Of a stretch of 49,064 nt of DNA, positions 1 to 9,127 are shown in pieces. This stretch comes from Planctomycetota bacterium. GTDB taxonomy: Bacteria; Planctomycetota; Uabimicrobiia; Uabimicrobiales; JABWCH01. The position numbers were made by a program, and so were the translations under genes. The notes under the pieces were generated by a model. That model worked only from the letters and a program-made list of their open reading frames with translations, had not been told where the DNA came from and searched no databases. Within the stretch, counting starts at the first letter, position 1. Each line of letters opens with the position of its first letter. The stretch spans positions 1 to 49,064 of the forward strand of contig JAKLHB010000001.1 in NCBI GenBank assembly GCA_022710345.1, read 5' to 3'.

Positions 1-1679
1 AATTCATGCCAAAATGCAATCTTTTCTCTTGCTTTGCCAGAGATGCGTTCTTTGGCTTCTTCTAGCCAAACACCATGCCCATATTTGCGTTCGCCCTCTA
101 ACAAAATCGTCCATATTTTCTCTTGTAATTCGCCAGGTAAAACTAAGGCATACGTATTTTTCTCTAAGAGAAGATGGCCTTGATTTTTGTATAAAGCAGC
201 TTCTACATAAGCACCAGCATAGTGGTAAAAATCTTCTGCAAGAGCATAAGAACTTTGGCAAAGATTTTGAAAAAGTGAGATGGCCTTAGGATAATCTCCA
301 CTAAGATAGCGCCATTTTGCATGAAGGCGTAGAAGTGCAGAGGTCCAGCTTATTTCCTTGGAATTTTCTAAGATTTGCAGGGATTGTTCCAGGTAGCTGC
401 CGCGTTCTAATGCTAGTCCAAGCAAGGTTTCCGTAATTTTAGTTTGATCCTGGGAAGCAATTGGCAGTTTTTGAGCAGCGATCCAAAATTCTTTGAGCAG
501 CATTTGATATGTTTTACACCTGTATAAAAGCCGATTGAGATATGCTGCAGGGCATTTCATTCCCGCTTCGCACATTTTTTCTAATTTTTTGATCCCTTCT
601 TCAGCATACGAACCGCCCATTTCAAGTAAAGATACTGCCTGGTTGTTCATTTCTTCAGGATTCAGCCGTTGGGATGCATTTTGCCGCTCTGCATCATACG
701 TTGAATCGAACAATTGCTCATACAATTCTTTCAATTCTTTTTCAATATCTGCAAATGATTTCGGCCGCTCATCGGCTTCCTTGGCAAGGCACTGCATGAC
801 CAATCCATAGAGAGCGTTTTTACTTTTGCGTTGAAAAAAGGAAAAACGGGAGGTTGCTTGATTTTTGATATGCTTTGGCATTTCGTGCGTATGTGCATAC
901 AACCAGCCTCTGAAATCATCCGATACATCAAACGGCTTTTTGCCCTGGCTGAGAAGTTCATATAAAATTAAGCCAAATGCATAGATGTCTGTTTCTTCTC
1001 CAACACCTTTGCTTGATTCATATTGTTGTGGTGACATATATTGGGGTGTACCTAGCATATCACAAGTACGAGTAATCTCGGGTTCTTGCTCAAGCGTGGC
1101 CTCAATGTTTTTGAGGTTTGTTCCATCTGAGGCTGTTTCAGCGGCTCCTTTTAGCTTGGATAATCCCATATCTGTGATTTTTAAAACCCCAGGGCCATCT
1201 TCTTCTTGAGCAATTAAAATATTGCTAGGTTTTAGATCGCGATGAATAATCCCATTTTTATGCAAATGAGCCATGCCTCTGCAAATTTGAATTGCATAAT
1301 CAAACACAATTTCCAAGGGAATATCTTTTTTTTGCTCACGGCTTTTTTGAATGACTGCTTCTAAGTTACCGCCATCCATATATTCAAGAAATAGGCTTGG
1401 CATTCCATCAATCCAATCAAAGTAAAAGGCTGCCACAACATTGGGATGCCTGCCTAATCTCAGCCACGAATGTACCTCACGCTCAAATCGTTTGGCGTGA
1501 GCTTCTTTACAACATTTCATCGCTAATTTTTGGTTTGTGGCAATGTCACAAACCAAATGCACCTCGCCCATTCCACCTGTTCCTAATGTTTTGATATAGC
1601 GATATTTACCTGCCATCACTCTGCCTGGGGCAAGAATATCTTTTTTGATGGTTACTTGAATACGCTTTGAAGGGCTCAT
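1..1679 (-). CDS. Hanks-type Ser/Thr protein kinase with helical-repeat C-terminal region; partial, 3' end runs off the window
   Basis: Absent from the ORF track because no stop lies inside the window. Hand translation from ATG (1679-1677): MSPSKRIQV...YRYIKTLGTGGMGEVHLV (Gly loop), AMKC (Lys), IIHRDLKPSNIL (catalytic loop), ITDMGLS, GTPQYMSPQQ. The frame stays open to base 3. Confidence 0.85.
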   Translation of the reverse strand, partial: MSPSKRIQVTIKKDILAPGRVMAGKYRYIKTLGTGGMGEVHLVCDIATNQKLAMKCCKEAHAKRFEREVHSWLRLGRHPNVVAAFYFDWIDGMPSLFLEYMDGGNLEAVIQKSREQKKDIPLEIVFDYAIQICRGMAHLHKNGIIHRDLKPSNILIAQEEDGPGVLKITDMGLSKLKGAAETASDGTNLKNIEATLEQEPEITRTCDMLGTPQYMSPQQYESSKGVGEETDIYAFGLILYELLSQGKKPFDVSDDFRGWLYAHTHEMPKHIKNQATSRFSFFQRKSKNALYGLVMQCLAKEADERPKSFADIEKELKELYEQLFDSTYDAERQNASQRLNPEEMNNQAVSLLEMGGSYAEEGIKKLEKMCEAGMKCPAAYLNRLLYRCKTYQMLLKEFWIAAQKLPIASQDQTKITETLLGLALERGSYLEQSLQILENSKEISWTSALLRLHAKWRYLSGDYPKAISLFQNLCQSSYALAEDFYHYAGAYVEAALYKNQGHLLLEKNTYALVLPGELQEKIWTILLEGERKYGHGVWLEEAKERISGKAREKIAFWHE

Positions 1680-1720
1680 GCTTGGCGCTGCTTTCCTGGA
1701 AAATTCCTATAAATTTGCGC

Positions 1721-1749
1721 TTGACAAATTTCATACGCTGCTGTAAAAT
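1721..1749 (+). promoter_or_regulatory. sigma70-like promoter, TTGACA-17 nt-TAAAAT
   Basis: ttgaca at 1721-1726, 17-nt spacer, taaaat at 1744-1749. Divergent from the kinase start. Read by eye only. Confidence 0.4.
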
Positions 1750-1755
1750 ATCCAA

Positions 1756-1975
1756 AAACTATGTTATTTCCTTTTTCACTGGGCAAAGAGCCACCCTAAT
1801 TGACTAGGACGTGGCAAGATATGGGGATGATACCTTCTGATGAACTCCCACTTGGAGAGCTACTATCTTAATCCCATAGCAAGCCCAACCGCTTCAGCGG
1901 ACTGGCAGGTAACTGCCCGTTGGTGCAGCAATGAATAAGCATAAGTCTGCATAACTTATACTTAATCTTTTTATA
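1756..1975 (+). ncRNA. Candidate structured small RNA, or long 5' leader of the ferredoxin gene (unclassified)
   Basis: No ORF. More GC-rich than the flanking AT-rich spacer. Several short perfect hairpins: gccac..gtggc, ccgc-ttca-gcgg, ggcag-gtaa-ctgcc (GNRA loop), gcta..tagc. Lies just downstream of the 1721-1749 promoter. Boundaries are approximate. Confidence 0.25.
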
Positions 1976-2043
1976 AGAATATTATTTTTTTTGAAATTTT
2001 TAATTATTATTTTAATCTTCTAGTTACGGGTAAGGAGCCATAT

Positions 2044-2223
2044 ATGGCCCATAAAATCACAGATGATTGCATCACTTGTGGCAGTTGCCAACCTACATGT
2101 CCTGTTTCCGCGATTTCTGCTGGTGAGAAGAAATATGTTATTAATCCTGATGTATGTGTAGATTGTGGAACTTGCGTAGATGCTTGCCCAAGCAGCGCTA
2201 TTGTTCCTGAGCCTAAGAAATAA
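2044..2223 (+). CDS. 2x[4Fe-4S] clostridial-type ferredoxin (59 aa)
   Basis: Below the ORF-track size cutoff. taaggag RBS at 2031-2037, ATG at 2044. MAHKITDDCITCGSCQPTCPVSAISAGEKKYVINPDVCVDCGTCVDACPSSAIVPEPKK contains two CxxCxxCxxxCP motifs. TAA at 2221-2223. Confidence 0.85.
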   Translation: MAHKITDDCITCGSCQPTCPVSAISAGEKKYVINPDVCVDCGTCVDACPSSAIVPEPKK

Positions 2224-2310
2224 TTTTGGTTTTGACTATAACGTTTTTTGGGAACTGATATATTGGCTCCCCAAAATCCGTTATATTGAGCAATAATTTG
2301 GGAAATCCTT

Positions 2311-2366
2311 CAAACAAAAACCGCCAGGCTCTTCTCATATCGAGAAGACCGAGCGGTTTTTGTTTG
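2311..2366. terminator. Long hairpin between convergent ferredoxin and SDR genes (bidirectional terminator candidate)
   Basis: caaacaaaaaccgc (2311-2324) pairs perfectly with gcggtttttgtttg (2353-2366). An A-run precedes and a T-run lies within the arms. Confidence 0.6.
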
Positions 2367-2369
2367 CGG

Positions 2370-3206
2370 CTAGGAATTTTTACGCCTGCTTGCTTTAAAT
2401 GCCTGCAATTTGCCTTTAGTATGCCAATGAAACAGAAATCTCCATAATTTCGGAAACCACCGGTTGATCCAAACTAGGAACTTTCCATGAAATGTGATGA
2501 TGATTTCTGATTTTTTTGCATAAATTCCCTTGAGCATCTGACGCACTGCGGGTTCTGTCTTCATCATCAAGCGGCTTGGCCTTGGATCTGGACGATCTTC
2601 GTGATATACACCTTTATTATCCACTTTCGCAATGTCGCTTTCCACAATGCCAGGGTTGATCCAGCTTACGTCAATTCCTTCATCCGCTAGATCATAATAA
2701 ATAGATTCTGCCAAGCCATTCACTGCAAATTTACTTGCACTATAGGCACTTGATGTTGGCAAGCCAACTCGGCCGCTTATGCTGCCCATTAAGACTAATT
2801 GCCCATGCGAGGCTTTTAATGGAGGCAATACTGCATAGATTGTATTCAACACGCCAAAAAAATTTGTCTCAAATTGTCTTCGGAAATCTTCCACAGTAAG
2901 CTGTTGAAAGAATTCAGCAATCCCAAATCCAGCATTAGCAATCGCAATATCAATGCCGCCTAACTGGGCAGTGCCTGTGGCAACAGCATCTACAAGGCTT
3001 TGTGGTTGGGTTACATCGCAAGAGATGCTGACTGCTTTGCGGCCTATTGCACGAATGTCTGCCGCGACTTTTTCCAATAGCTCTAATCGGCGTGCTGTGA
3101 GAATAACATCCGCACCTTGTTTGGCAAACTCACGAGCTAAACATGCTCCAATGCCTGTGGAAGCTCCTGTGATAAAGACACGTTTGTTCAAAAACCTAAG
3201 TGCCAT
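2370..3206 (-). CDS. Short-chain dehydrogenase/reductase (SDR) family oxidoreductase
   Basis: ITGASTGIG cofactor motif, NAG, and catalytic YSASK in the 278-aa ORF. Confidence 0.9.
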   Translation of the reverse strand: MALRFLNKRVFITGASTGIGACLAREFAKQGADVILTARRLELLEKVAADIRAIGRKAVSISCDVTQPQSLVDAVATGTAQLGGIDIAIANAGFGIAEFFQQLTVEDFRRQFETNFFGVLNTIYAVLPPLKASHGQLVLMGSISGRVGLPTSSAYSASKFAVNGLAESIYYDLADEGIDVSWINPGIVESDIAKVDNKGVYHEDRPDPRPSRLMMKTEPAVRQMLKGIYAKKSEIIITFHGKFLVWINRWFPKLWRFLFHWHTKGKLQAFKASRRKNS

Positions 3207-3221
3207 GGCTGCAAAACTCCT

Positions 3222-4295
3222 TTACCAAAGCAACCGCTCTTGTGTTTGATATAAATCCCAAATTTGGATCAATGCTGAAGAGACTAAACGCGAACCTATT
3301 GCGGCTTTTGGTAACCAGATAAAATTTGGGTCATGCACATCTTGCTCGCTCACACTCTCAGGAAGAATAACAGCAGGCTCGATTTGAATTTTATGGTTCG
3401 TGATGGTATGTCGAATAGATTTTAAGTGATATGAAATTGTTCCAGGAAAATGTGAAGCAACATTTTGTAGGGACCACGATGCAACATGCCGTGCTTCATT
3501 TGGAAAGTCCAAAAGTGATGGAAAAGCAATTTGCCCTTTGAGAAAGTAAAAATTTTCCCATTTCTGCAAAAGAATTTGCTGTTTTTGATTGGCAATCAGA
3601 TAAGCATGCCAAATCACAGGAATTTTTTCAAGCTTTATGGCCAATACAGGATATTGGCTTATTTTTTTTTGCTGGTATGCCTGGCAATTCGCTTGAATGG
3701 GGCAATTCAAACAGTTGGGCTTTTTAGGAAGGCAAATTTTTTGCCCCAATTCCATGATAGCTTCATTCAGATCACCAGGGGAGTATGGCATAGTTTCAAA
3801 TAAAGGATTCAATACATCATAGCACTGCTTGCTTAATACGTTGCTAGAAATTGGTGTATCCCAGCAAAAAAGACGGGCCAAAATTCGTTTTACATTGCCA
3901 TCTACCACAGGTTTTCTTTCTCCAAAGCAAATAGAAGATATGGCTGCTGCTGTATATGGACCAATGGTAGGAATAGTGAGCAAAAGGTCGTGGCTTGTGG
4001 GCAAACTGCCTTGATGATTTTGCATCAAGTAAATGGCAGCCTTTCGCAGATTGCGGGCGCGGCTATAATAGCCTAGGCCACGAAAAGCTTGCAAAACAGC
4101 TTCTTCTGAAGCAGAAGCTAATGTTTGAATATCAGGAAAATGAGAAAAAAAACGAGCTAAAGGATCCAATGCCGTTTGAATCCTGGTTTGTTGCAAGACA
4201 ACTTCTGAAATCCAAACACGATATGGATTGCGGCCAAGTCGAAAAAAATAAGGCTCACGTACAGTATCAAACCAGTTATACAATTCTTGGAGCAT
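3222..4295 (-). CDS. mutY: A/G-specific adenine DNA glycosylase
   Basis: PYRVWISEVVLQQTRI, GLGYYSRARNL (HhH-GPD), Cys cluster CLPKKPNCLNCPIQANC, plus a C-terminal NUDIX-like extension. Confidence 0.9.
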   Translation of the reverse strand: MLQELYNWFDTVREPYFFRLGRNPYRVWISEVVLQQTRIQTALDPLARFFSHFPDIQTLASASEEAVLQAFRGLGYYSRARNLRKAAIYLMQNHQGSLPTSHDLLLTIPTIGPYTAAAISSICFGERKPVVDGNVKRILARLFCWDTPISSNVLSKQCYDVLNPLFETMPYSPGDLNEAIMELGQKICLPKKPNCLNCPIQANCQAYQQKKISQYPVLAIKLEKIPVIWHAYLIANQKQQILLQKWENFYFLKGQIAFPSLLDFPNEARHVASWSLQNVASHFPGTISYHLKSIRHTITNHKIQIEPAVILPESVSEQDVHDPNFIWLPKAAIGSRLVSSALIQIWDLYQTQERLLW

Positions 4296-4309
4296 ACAAT
4301 TGTTTTAGA

Positions 4310-4342
4310 AATATTTCTGCCTCTAAAAGAGGCAGAAATATT
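4310..4342 (-). terminator. 15-bp perfect hairpin immediately after the stop of the small ORF
   Basis: aatatttctgcctct-aaa-agaggcagaaatatt. The trailing U-tract is weak. Confidence 0.45.
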
Positions 4343-4344
4343 GT

Positions 4345-4530
4345 TTATTTGCTAAATTGTTTTTTGACTTGTGCCAAAGCTGCTTCAAATTTTGCTATCA
4401 ACTCTGCTGAATCTGGCATAGCTTCAGCTTGACTTGCGGCTAATGCAACAAGCTTTACAAATGCCACTTTGCCTTGGGCACCGCCAATTTCTTTGGCTTT
4501 TTCATAATATGTAGCTAATTTTTGACCCAT
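4345..4530 (-). CDS. Small hypothetical protein (61 aa from MGQKL)
   Basis: GGAG lies 6 nt upstream of the ATG at 4530. The track ORF extends to 4560, but that start has no RBS. No recognisable family. Confidence 0.5.
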   Translation of the reverse strand: MGQKLATYYEKAKEIGGAQGKVAFVKLVALAASQAEAMPDSAELIAKFEAALAQVKKQFSK

Positions 4531-4553
4531 AAAAACTCCTTTGTAGAATAAAA

Positions 4554-5423
4554 TTAACATGTCAATAAAAATGAATCAAGTCGTGTAGCAATCTGATAAC
4601 CCGCCGCATTTTTGTGTCCGCCACCGCCATGTTGTTTAGCAATCTGGCTTACATCATAGTCTGGCTTATAAGATCGCAATGAATGGGTACGGGTTTCAAG
4701 ATTGATGACATCTATGTATTCCAATGTTTTCCAAGCTTCTGGAGCTGATGATATATCTCGAATATATTGGCATAGTTCAGAAGTATGGCGTGATGATAAA
4801 ACCACCAAACGATTTCCTTGCACAATAGCTTGTTCTACACATTGTTTGAAATAACTATATTTCTTGGATTGCAGCCCATTTAAATATAATTGATCTGTAT
4901 CGCGTATTAAGGGCTGTGATTCTTGGATCCTGGTCTTCATGACTCCAACAAATGTATCCATACCCAATAAGTAGAGCATATCATTGAATAATGATGACTC
5001 TGGAGATGTATGAAGCCATAAATCGTAATCATTTACATGAAATATAAGTTTACTTAAATTTTCAAAGATTGGAACCTCTGGCATCTGTTCCTTCAGGGAT
5101 TCAAACAATACGCTTGCGCCACAACGGTCAAGCTTAAATTTGGCCCATGTATAGTTTCTCAAATACTCCCATGCAGTTTGATGGTGATCAAATAATTCAA
5201 TGCGGTTTGCATAAGCCTGATTCACTAAGGCCGCTGTTTCAGCATTCATCGAGATATCAGCAAGTACAATAAATTCGTTTGTTTTTTTCAACAATCCTAA
5301 CAGGGTAGAATCTACTTGATCATAATCACAATGATAAATTTTTGTGAGTTTTTGAGCATAAAAATGTTGCGCAACAATTGCGCAGCCAGCACCATCTAAA
5401 TCAATGTGAGTTAACAAAATCAT
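4554..5423 (-). CDS. DHH-family phosphoesterase (NrnA-like)
   Basis: HIDLDGAGCA, VLADIS, FDHHQT (DHH) and GGGGHKNAAG (DHHA1 GGGH) motifs. 4-nt overlap with the upstream kinase stop. Confidence 0.8.
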   Translation of the reverse strand: MILLTHIDLDGAGCAIVAQHFYAQKLTKIYHCDYDQVDSTLLGLLKKTNEFIVLADISMNAETAALVNQAYANRIELFDHHQTAWEYLRNYTWAKFKLDRCGASVLFESLKEQMPEVPIFENLSKLIFHVNDYDLWLHTSPESSLFNDMLYLLGMDTFVGVMKTRIQESQPLIRDTDQLYLNGLQSKKYSYFKQCVEQAIVQGNRLVVLSSRHTSELCQYIRDISSAPEAWKTLEYIDVINLETRTHSLRSYKPDYDVSQIAKQHGGGGHKNAAGYQIATRLDSFLLTC

Positions 5424-7477
5424 GATTCAATTTCTTCCTTTGCTTGGCGTTGGCCAATGAATTCTAAACATAGGCGACGATAGCGTTTGACATCGCTATT
5501 GGTAGCATCTAGTTGTGCCAGAGAATTGAATTTTTCTAAAGCAGCCTTGTATTGATTAGCTTGGAACAAAGAGACACCATGGCTAAATATTTCTTGAAAT
5601 TGTGATTCTCTCGTAAGTTCATCTTCGGCTAATTTTTTATAATGCAAAGCGTTTTTATGACTGCTCATGATACCTAGAACACGGTTGAAACATGCGATTG
5701 CTTCTTTCCATTTTCGGACTTTATAAAATTCTTGGCCTTTGTTGTAGAATAAACTAATCTGTTCTAGGCGCTGGTCATCTTCCATGCGCTCCTGCACCTG
5801 GCTCAAAAGTATTTTAGTATCGCCAAAGTCTTGCTCTTGGTCCATTCCTAACACTTTTTCAAAGCGGTCCATGGCTTCACGATATTCACATTTTTCATAA
5901 AGATCGCGGCCTTCGCGATAAAATTGTTCCGTAACCATCCGCCGTTTTTTATCTTTTTCCAAAGATTCACGAGCTTTTTTTAAATATAACTGAGCATCAG
6001 TATGCTCAGGTGCTACAGCCAGCACTTTTTCGAAGGCATCAATTGCATTTTTGTATGCTTTGTTTTTGATATGTAGCAGACCGTCTCGATAACACTGGGT
6101 CACCTGAAGAATCCGAATTTTGCGCTTGACAACTTTGCTTAATCTAAAAGCTACCTCATTTTTAGGATCAAAGTTTAGCGCTTCCTGCAGTAGCGTGTCT
6201 GCCTCATGATATTGTCCATCTTCTATCAATTTTTGGGCGTTTTCTACACTAATGCGAGCATTGTTGAGATTAATTTCCAACTCTGCCAAAATCTTGCTTA
6301 CAATATCTGGCATTTCATGGGCTAAGTCCATTTTTAGGCCGCGTATCCTACTAGAATCTGGATGATTACGCATCACTTCAATAATTTTTGTCACATACTT
6401 ACGTGCTTCATCATGCTGTTCTTCATCATAATAGGATAATGCTTGGGCAGTGAGATCCCGGATATTTCGAATGTCGTCTTCTTCTTGAAGCAAAAAAAAA
6501 GCTTGTTTTCTTTTTGTCAACGCTTCTTGTGCTTCTTGTGGCTTATATCCATAAATAGAAAGGACTTTGTTAAAATGATAGATTGCGATTTCCAGATTAC
6601 GTCGTTCTAATGCACGACGAGCTTTGGACATCAAAGAAGATAAGCTAACATCATTTGAAAAATCAATGCGGTCTGTGGCTTCATTCAAAGCAGCAATTAC
6701 ATCATTTAAATTTGGAAATCGGTCTTGTGGCTTTTTGGCAATCATGCGCAAGATAATTTTTTGCAACTCATTACTAATCTCTGTGTTGATTTTTTTAGGC
6801 GGCACGGGTGTTTCCATAAGGTGCATTTTATAGAGTTCTGCCAAAGTTTTACCTTGATAAGGGACTTGTCCGGTTACCATCTCATATAAAATGATGCCCA
6901 AAGTATATTGATCTGAGTAAGGAGAATAGTTTCCTTGAAATTGCTCTGGTGCCATATACTTAACCTTGCCAACACAGAGATTTTCTGGTGTAATTTTGGG
7001 CATTTGCCAATCGCGCAAGGCTCCAAGCCCCATGATTTTGATTGTCTCATCCTTGCAAATCTTAATATTTTCAGGGGCAAGTTTGCGATGCAAAATTTGG
7101 TGTTCATGTGCAAAAGCTAAGCCTTTAGCAATCTGTAAAAAATAATCAATTGCCTGGGAAATCCCCAATTTCCCTTGACTTTGAAGCAATTCTCGCAGAC
7201 TTGCGCCTGGAATATAGTCCATCACAAATCCAAAATAATTTACTTCATCAATGGATTCAAAGATGTTTAAGAAATTAGGATGATCGAGATTGGCCCACGA
7301 CTGGATCGCAAGCTGGACACGTTTACGAATAGTATCTTTGCTGGCCAATTGCGGATGAATGATCTTAATTGCGCGAGGTACTTTAAGCAATGTATGTTGC
7401 ACTTGATACACTGTACCTGTGCTAGTCACCGCTAATTCGGCTTCGATGAGGTATTCTTGAAGCGTCTGTCCAATCAT
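5420..7477 (-). CDS. Ser/Thr protein kinase fused to a long TPR-like repeat region
   Basis: N-terminal kinase domain (AIKIIHP, HRKLAPENI, MGLGALR, YMAPEQ) followed by about 400 aa of repeated Y/F-x-x-A-helical (TPR-like) units. Confidence 0.9.
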   Translation of the reverse strand: MIGQTLQEYLIEAELAVTSTGTVYQVQHTLLKVPRAIKIIHPQLASKDTIRKRVQLAIQSWANLDHPNFLNIFESIDEVNYFGFVMDYIPGASLRELLQSQGKLGISQAIDYFLQIAKGLAFAHEHQILHRKLAPENIKICKDETIKIMGLGALRDWQMPKITPENLCVGKVKYMAPEQFQGNYSPYSDQYTLGIILYEMVTGQVPYQGKTLAELYKMHLMETPVPPKKINTEISNELQKIILRMIAKKPQDRFPNLNDVIAALNEATDRIDFSNDVSLSSLMSKARRALERRNLEIAIYHFNKVLSIYGYKPQEAQEALTKRKQAFFLLQEEDDIRNIRDLTAQALSYYDEEQHDEARKYVTKIIEVMRNHPDSSRIRGLKMDLAHEMPDIVSKILAELEINLNNARISVENAQKLIEDGQYHEADTLLQEALNFDPKNEVAFRLSKVVKRKIRILQVTQCYRDGLLHIKNKAYKNAIDAFEKVLAVAPEHTDAQLYLKKARESLEKDKKRRMVTEQFYREGRDLYEKCEYREAMDRFEKVLGMDQEQDFGDTKILLSQVQERMEDDQRLEQISLFYNKGQEFYKVRKWKEAIACFNRVLGIMSSHKNALHYKKLAEDELTRESQFQEIFSHGVSLFQANQYKAALEKFNSLAQLDATNSDVKRYRRLCLEFIGQRQAKEEIES

Positions 7478-7510
7478 GTTTCTTCCCCAAGGATAACCTG
7501 ACAGAAGATA

Positions 7511-7531
7511 CTCTAGCTTGAAAAGCTAGAG
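7511..7531 (-). terminator. Hairpin directly after the serS stop
   Basis: ctctagctt-gaa-aagctagag. Followed on the minus strand by tatcttctg. Confidence 0.4.
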
Positions 7532-7532
7532 C

Positions 7533-8792
7533 CTAAAGAACTGTTACCCCGCCCATATAAGGAACCAACACTGGCGGAATCTTAATATGCCCATCAGCCT
7601 CTTGATAATTTTCCAAAATTGCGACCATTAATCTTGGAATTGCTACACCAGAGCCATTCAGTGTATGCACAAATTTTGGTTTTCCGCCTTTCATTTTGTA
7701 GCGAATGTTTGCACGGCGGGCTTGGAAATCTGTGCAATTGCTGCAACTGGAAACTTCAAGCCAACGCTCTACTCCAGGGGCCCAAAGTTCAAGGTCATAA
7801 GTTTTCGCAGAAGAAAAGGACATATCTCCAGTTGCTAAAAGAACAACTCGATATGTCAATCCTAATTGTTGCAAAATTCCTTCGGCATCATGCACTAACT
7901 TTTCTAACGATGCTGCAGATTGATCTTCTGCTACAAAATGGACCATTTCCACCTTATTGAATTGATGCACCCTGAGAATTCCACGAGTATCTTTTCCAGA
8001 AGCACCGGCTTCTCGGCGAAAACAAGGAGTTGCGCTAGTTAGGTAAATAGGCAGCAATTCTCCAGGAATGATTTCATCTTGATAAAAATTAGTTAGGGGC
8101 ACTTCACTTGTAGGGATTAAGAAGAATTCGTCTTTAGCAGAATAGTACATTTCATCTTCTAGTTTAGGCAATTGGCCTGTGCCAGTGATTGTTTTGCGAT
8201 TGACTAAATAAGGCGGAGCAACTTCTTTATATCCTTCGCGGATATGGGTGTCAAGCATGAAATTCAAAAGAGCACGTTCTAAACGTGCACCTAAACCTGT
8301 AAACATGGAAAAACTGCTGCCACTTAATTTTGCAGCTCTATCCAATTCAAATAATCCGAGATTTTTTCCTAAATCCCAATGTGGTTTTGCAGGAAAATCT
8401 TTTTTCTTGGGTTCACCCCAAGTTCGAATGACTTGATTTTTTTCCTCTGTTCCTTCTGGTACATCGTCTGCAGGAATATTTGGAAGCCATAGCATCAGAG
8501 ATTCCAATTCAGCATCAATACGAGCCACCTCAGCATCCAATGCTTTGATCTGGTCAGAAATTTTCCCCATTTCTTCCATGGCTACAGGTGCATCTTGACC
8601 ACTTTGCTTGGCCTTGCTGATTAATTCATTTTTTTTGTTTCGTTCGCATTTTAAGTCTTCGACTTGTGTCAGTTTTTGCCGCCTTAGTTGATCCAATTCC
8701 AGAATTTTTTCTAAATTGACCTTTTCGTGTTTGGCTATAATAGCTTTTTTTACTTTCTCGAGATTATTGCGAATCAGCTTAATATCTAACAT
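7533..8792 (-). CDS. serS: Seryl-tRNA synthetase
   Basis: MLDIKLIRNN start, N-terminal coiled-coil arm, and class II motifs (FRREAGASGKDTRGILRVHQF, GSGVAIPR). The track ORF's 58-aa GTG-initiated N-terminal extension looks spurious. Confidence 0.95.
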   Translation of the reverse strand: MLDIKLIRNNLEKVKKAIIAKHEKVNLEKILELDQLRRQKLTQVEDLKCERNKKNELISKAKQSGQDAPVAMEEMGKISDQIKALDAEVARIDAELESLMLWLPNIPADDVPEGTEEKNQVIRTWGEPKKKDFPAKPHWDLGKNLGLFELDRAAKLSGSSFSMFTGLGARLERALLNFMLDTHIREGYKEVAPPYLVNRKTITGTGQLPKLEDEMYYSAKDEFFLIPTSEVPLTNFYQDEIIPGELLPIYLTSATPCFRREAGASGKDTRGILRVHQFNKVEMVHFVAEDQSAASLEKLVHDAEGILQQLGLTYRVVLLATGDMSFSSAKTYDLELWAPGVERWLEVSSCSNCTDFQARRANIRYKMKGGKPKFVHTLNGSGVAIPRLMVAILENYQEADGHIKIPPVLVPYMGGVTVL

Positions 8793-9127
8793 AACCTTGC
8801 CTTTATGAAAGAAATATAACATTTCTAAGTTTTTTGGCAATTCTTGAATACCGATATGCATACATGTATTGTAGCAAATTTTTACGTGAACGCAACAAAA
8901 AAAGCGTTTTTTTATAATAGAACCACTTGAAAATTTCAAAAGAAGTATGGACGAGCCGAACATCACAACGAGTTATAGCATGTAATTTATTAATACATAC
9001 ATAACATAATATTTTACATTATGTTATGCACATTGAGATAAAGCTAGCGGCTGCATCTCATCACCCAATGTATCATGTATGATGAAGGCAATTTATTGCC
9101 GAGTCATTGCACAACCTTGACTCTCTT

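Noticed and set aside
1837-1843. CUGAUGA, the hammerhead-ribozyme core heptamer, inside the candidate sRNA
   Set aside because: The following sequence lacks the stem II closing pair plus GAAA core and a plausible cleavage-site helix, so the heptamer is probably chance.
1874-1935. Local resemblance to RNase P RNA (ccatag..., a GUAA-capped hairpin, gtgcagcaa)
   Set aside because: The universally conserved GGAAAGUCCGG-type core is absent, and the ORF-free region (about 220 nt) is too short for RNase P RNA.
8793-8966. 58-codon N-terminal extension of serS (similar long-start options exist for htrA 16417, der 14775, the M6 protease 31506 and 28212)
   Set aside because: The extensions start at GTG/TTG or at ATGs without RBS, and they encode non-conserved, Cys/Phe-rich peptide. 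Canonical N-termini or signal peptides begin at the internal ATGs used above.
9000-9028. 11-bp perfect palindrome cataacataat-attttac-attatgttatg between the glycosyltransferase stop and the serS promoter region
   Set aside because: It is an AT-only stem without a following T-tract. It could be an operator or a weak terminator, but nothing distinguishes it from chance in AT-rich spacer.
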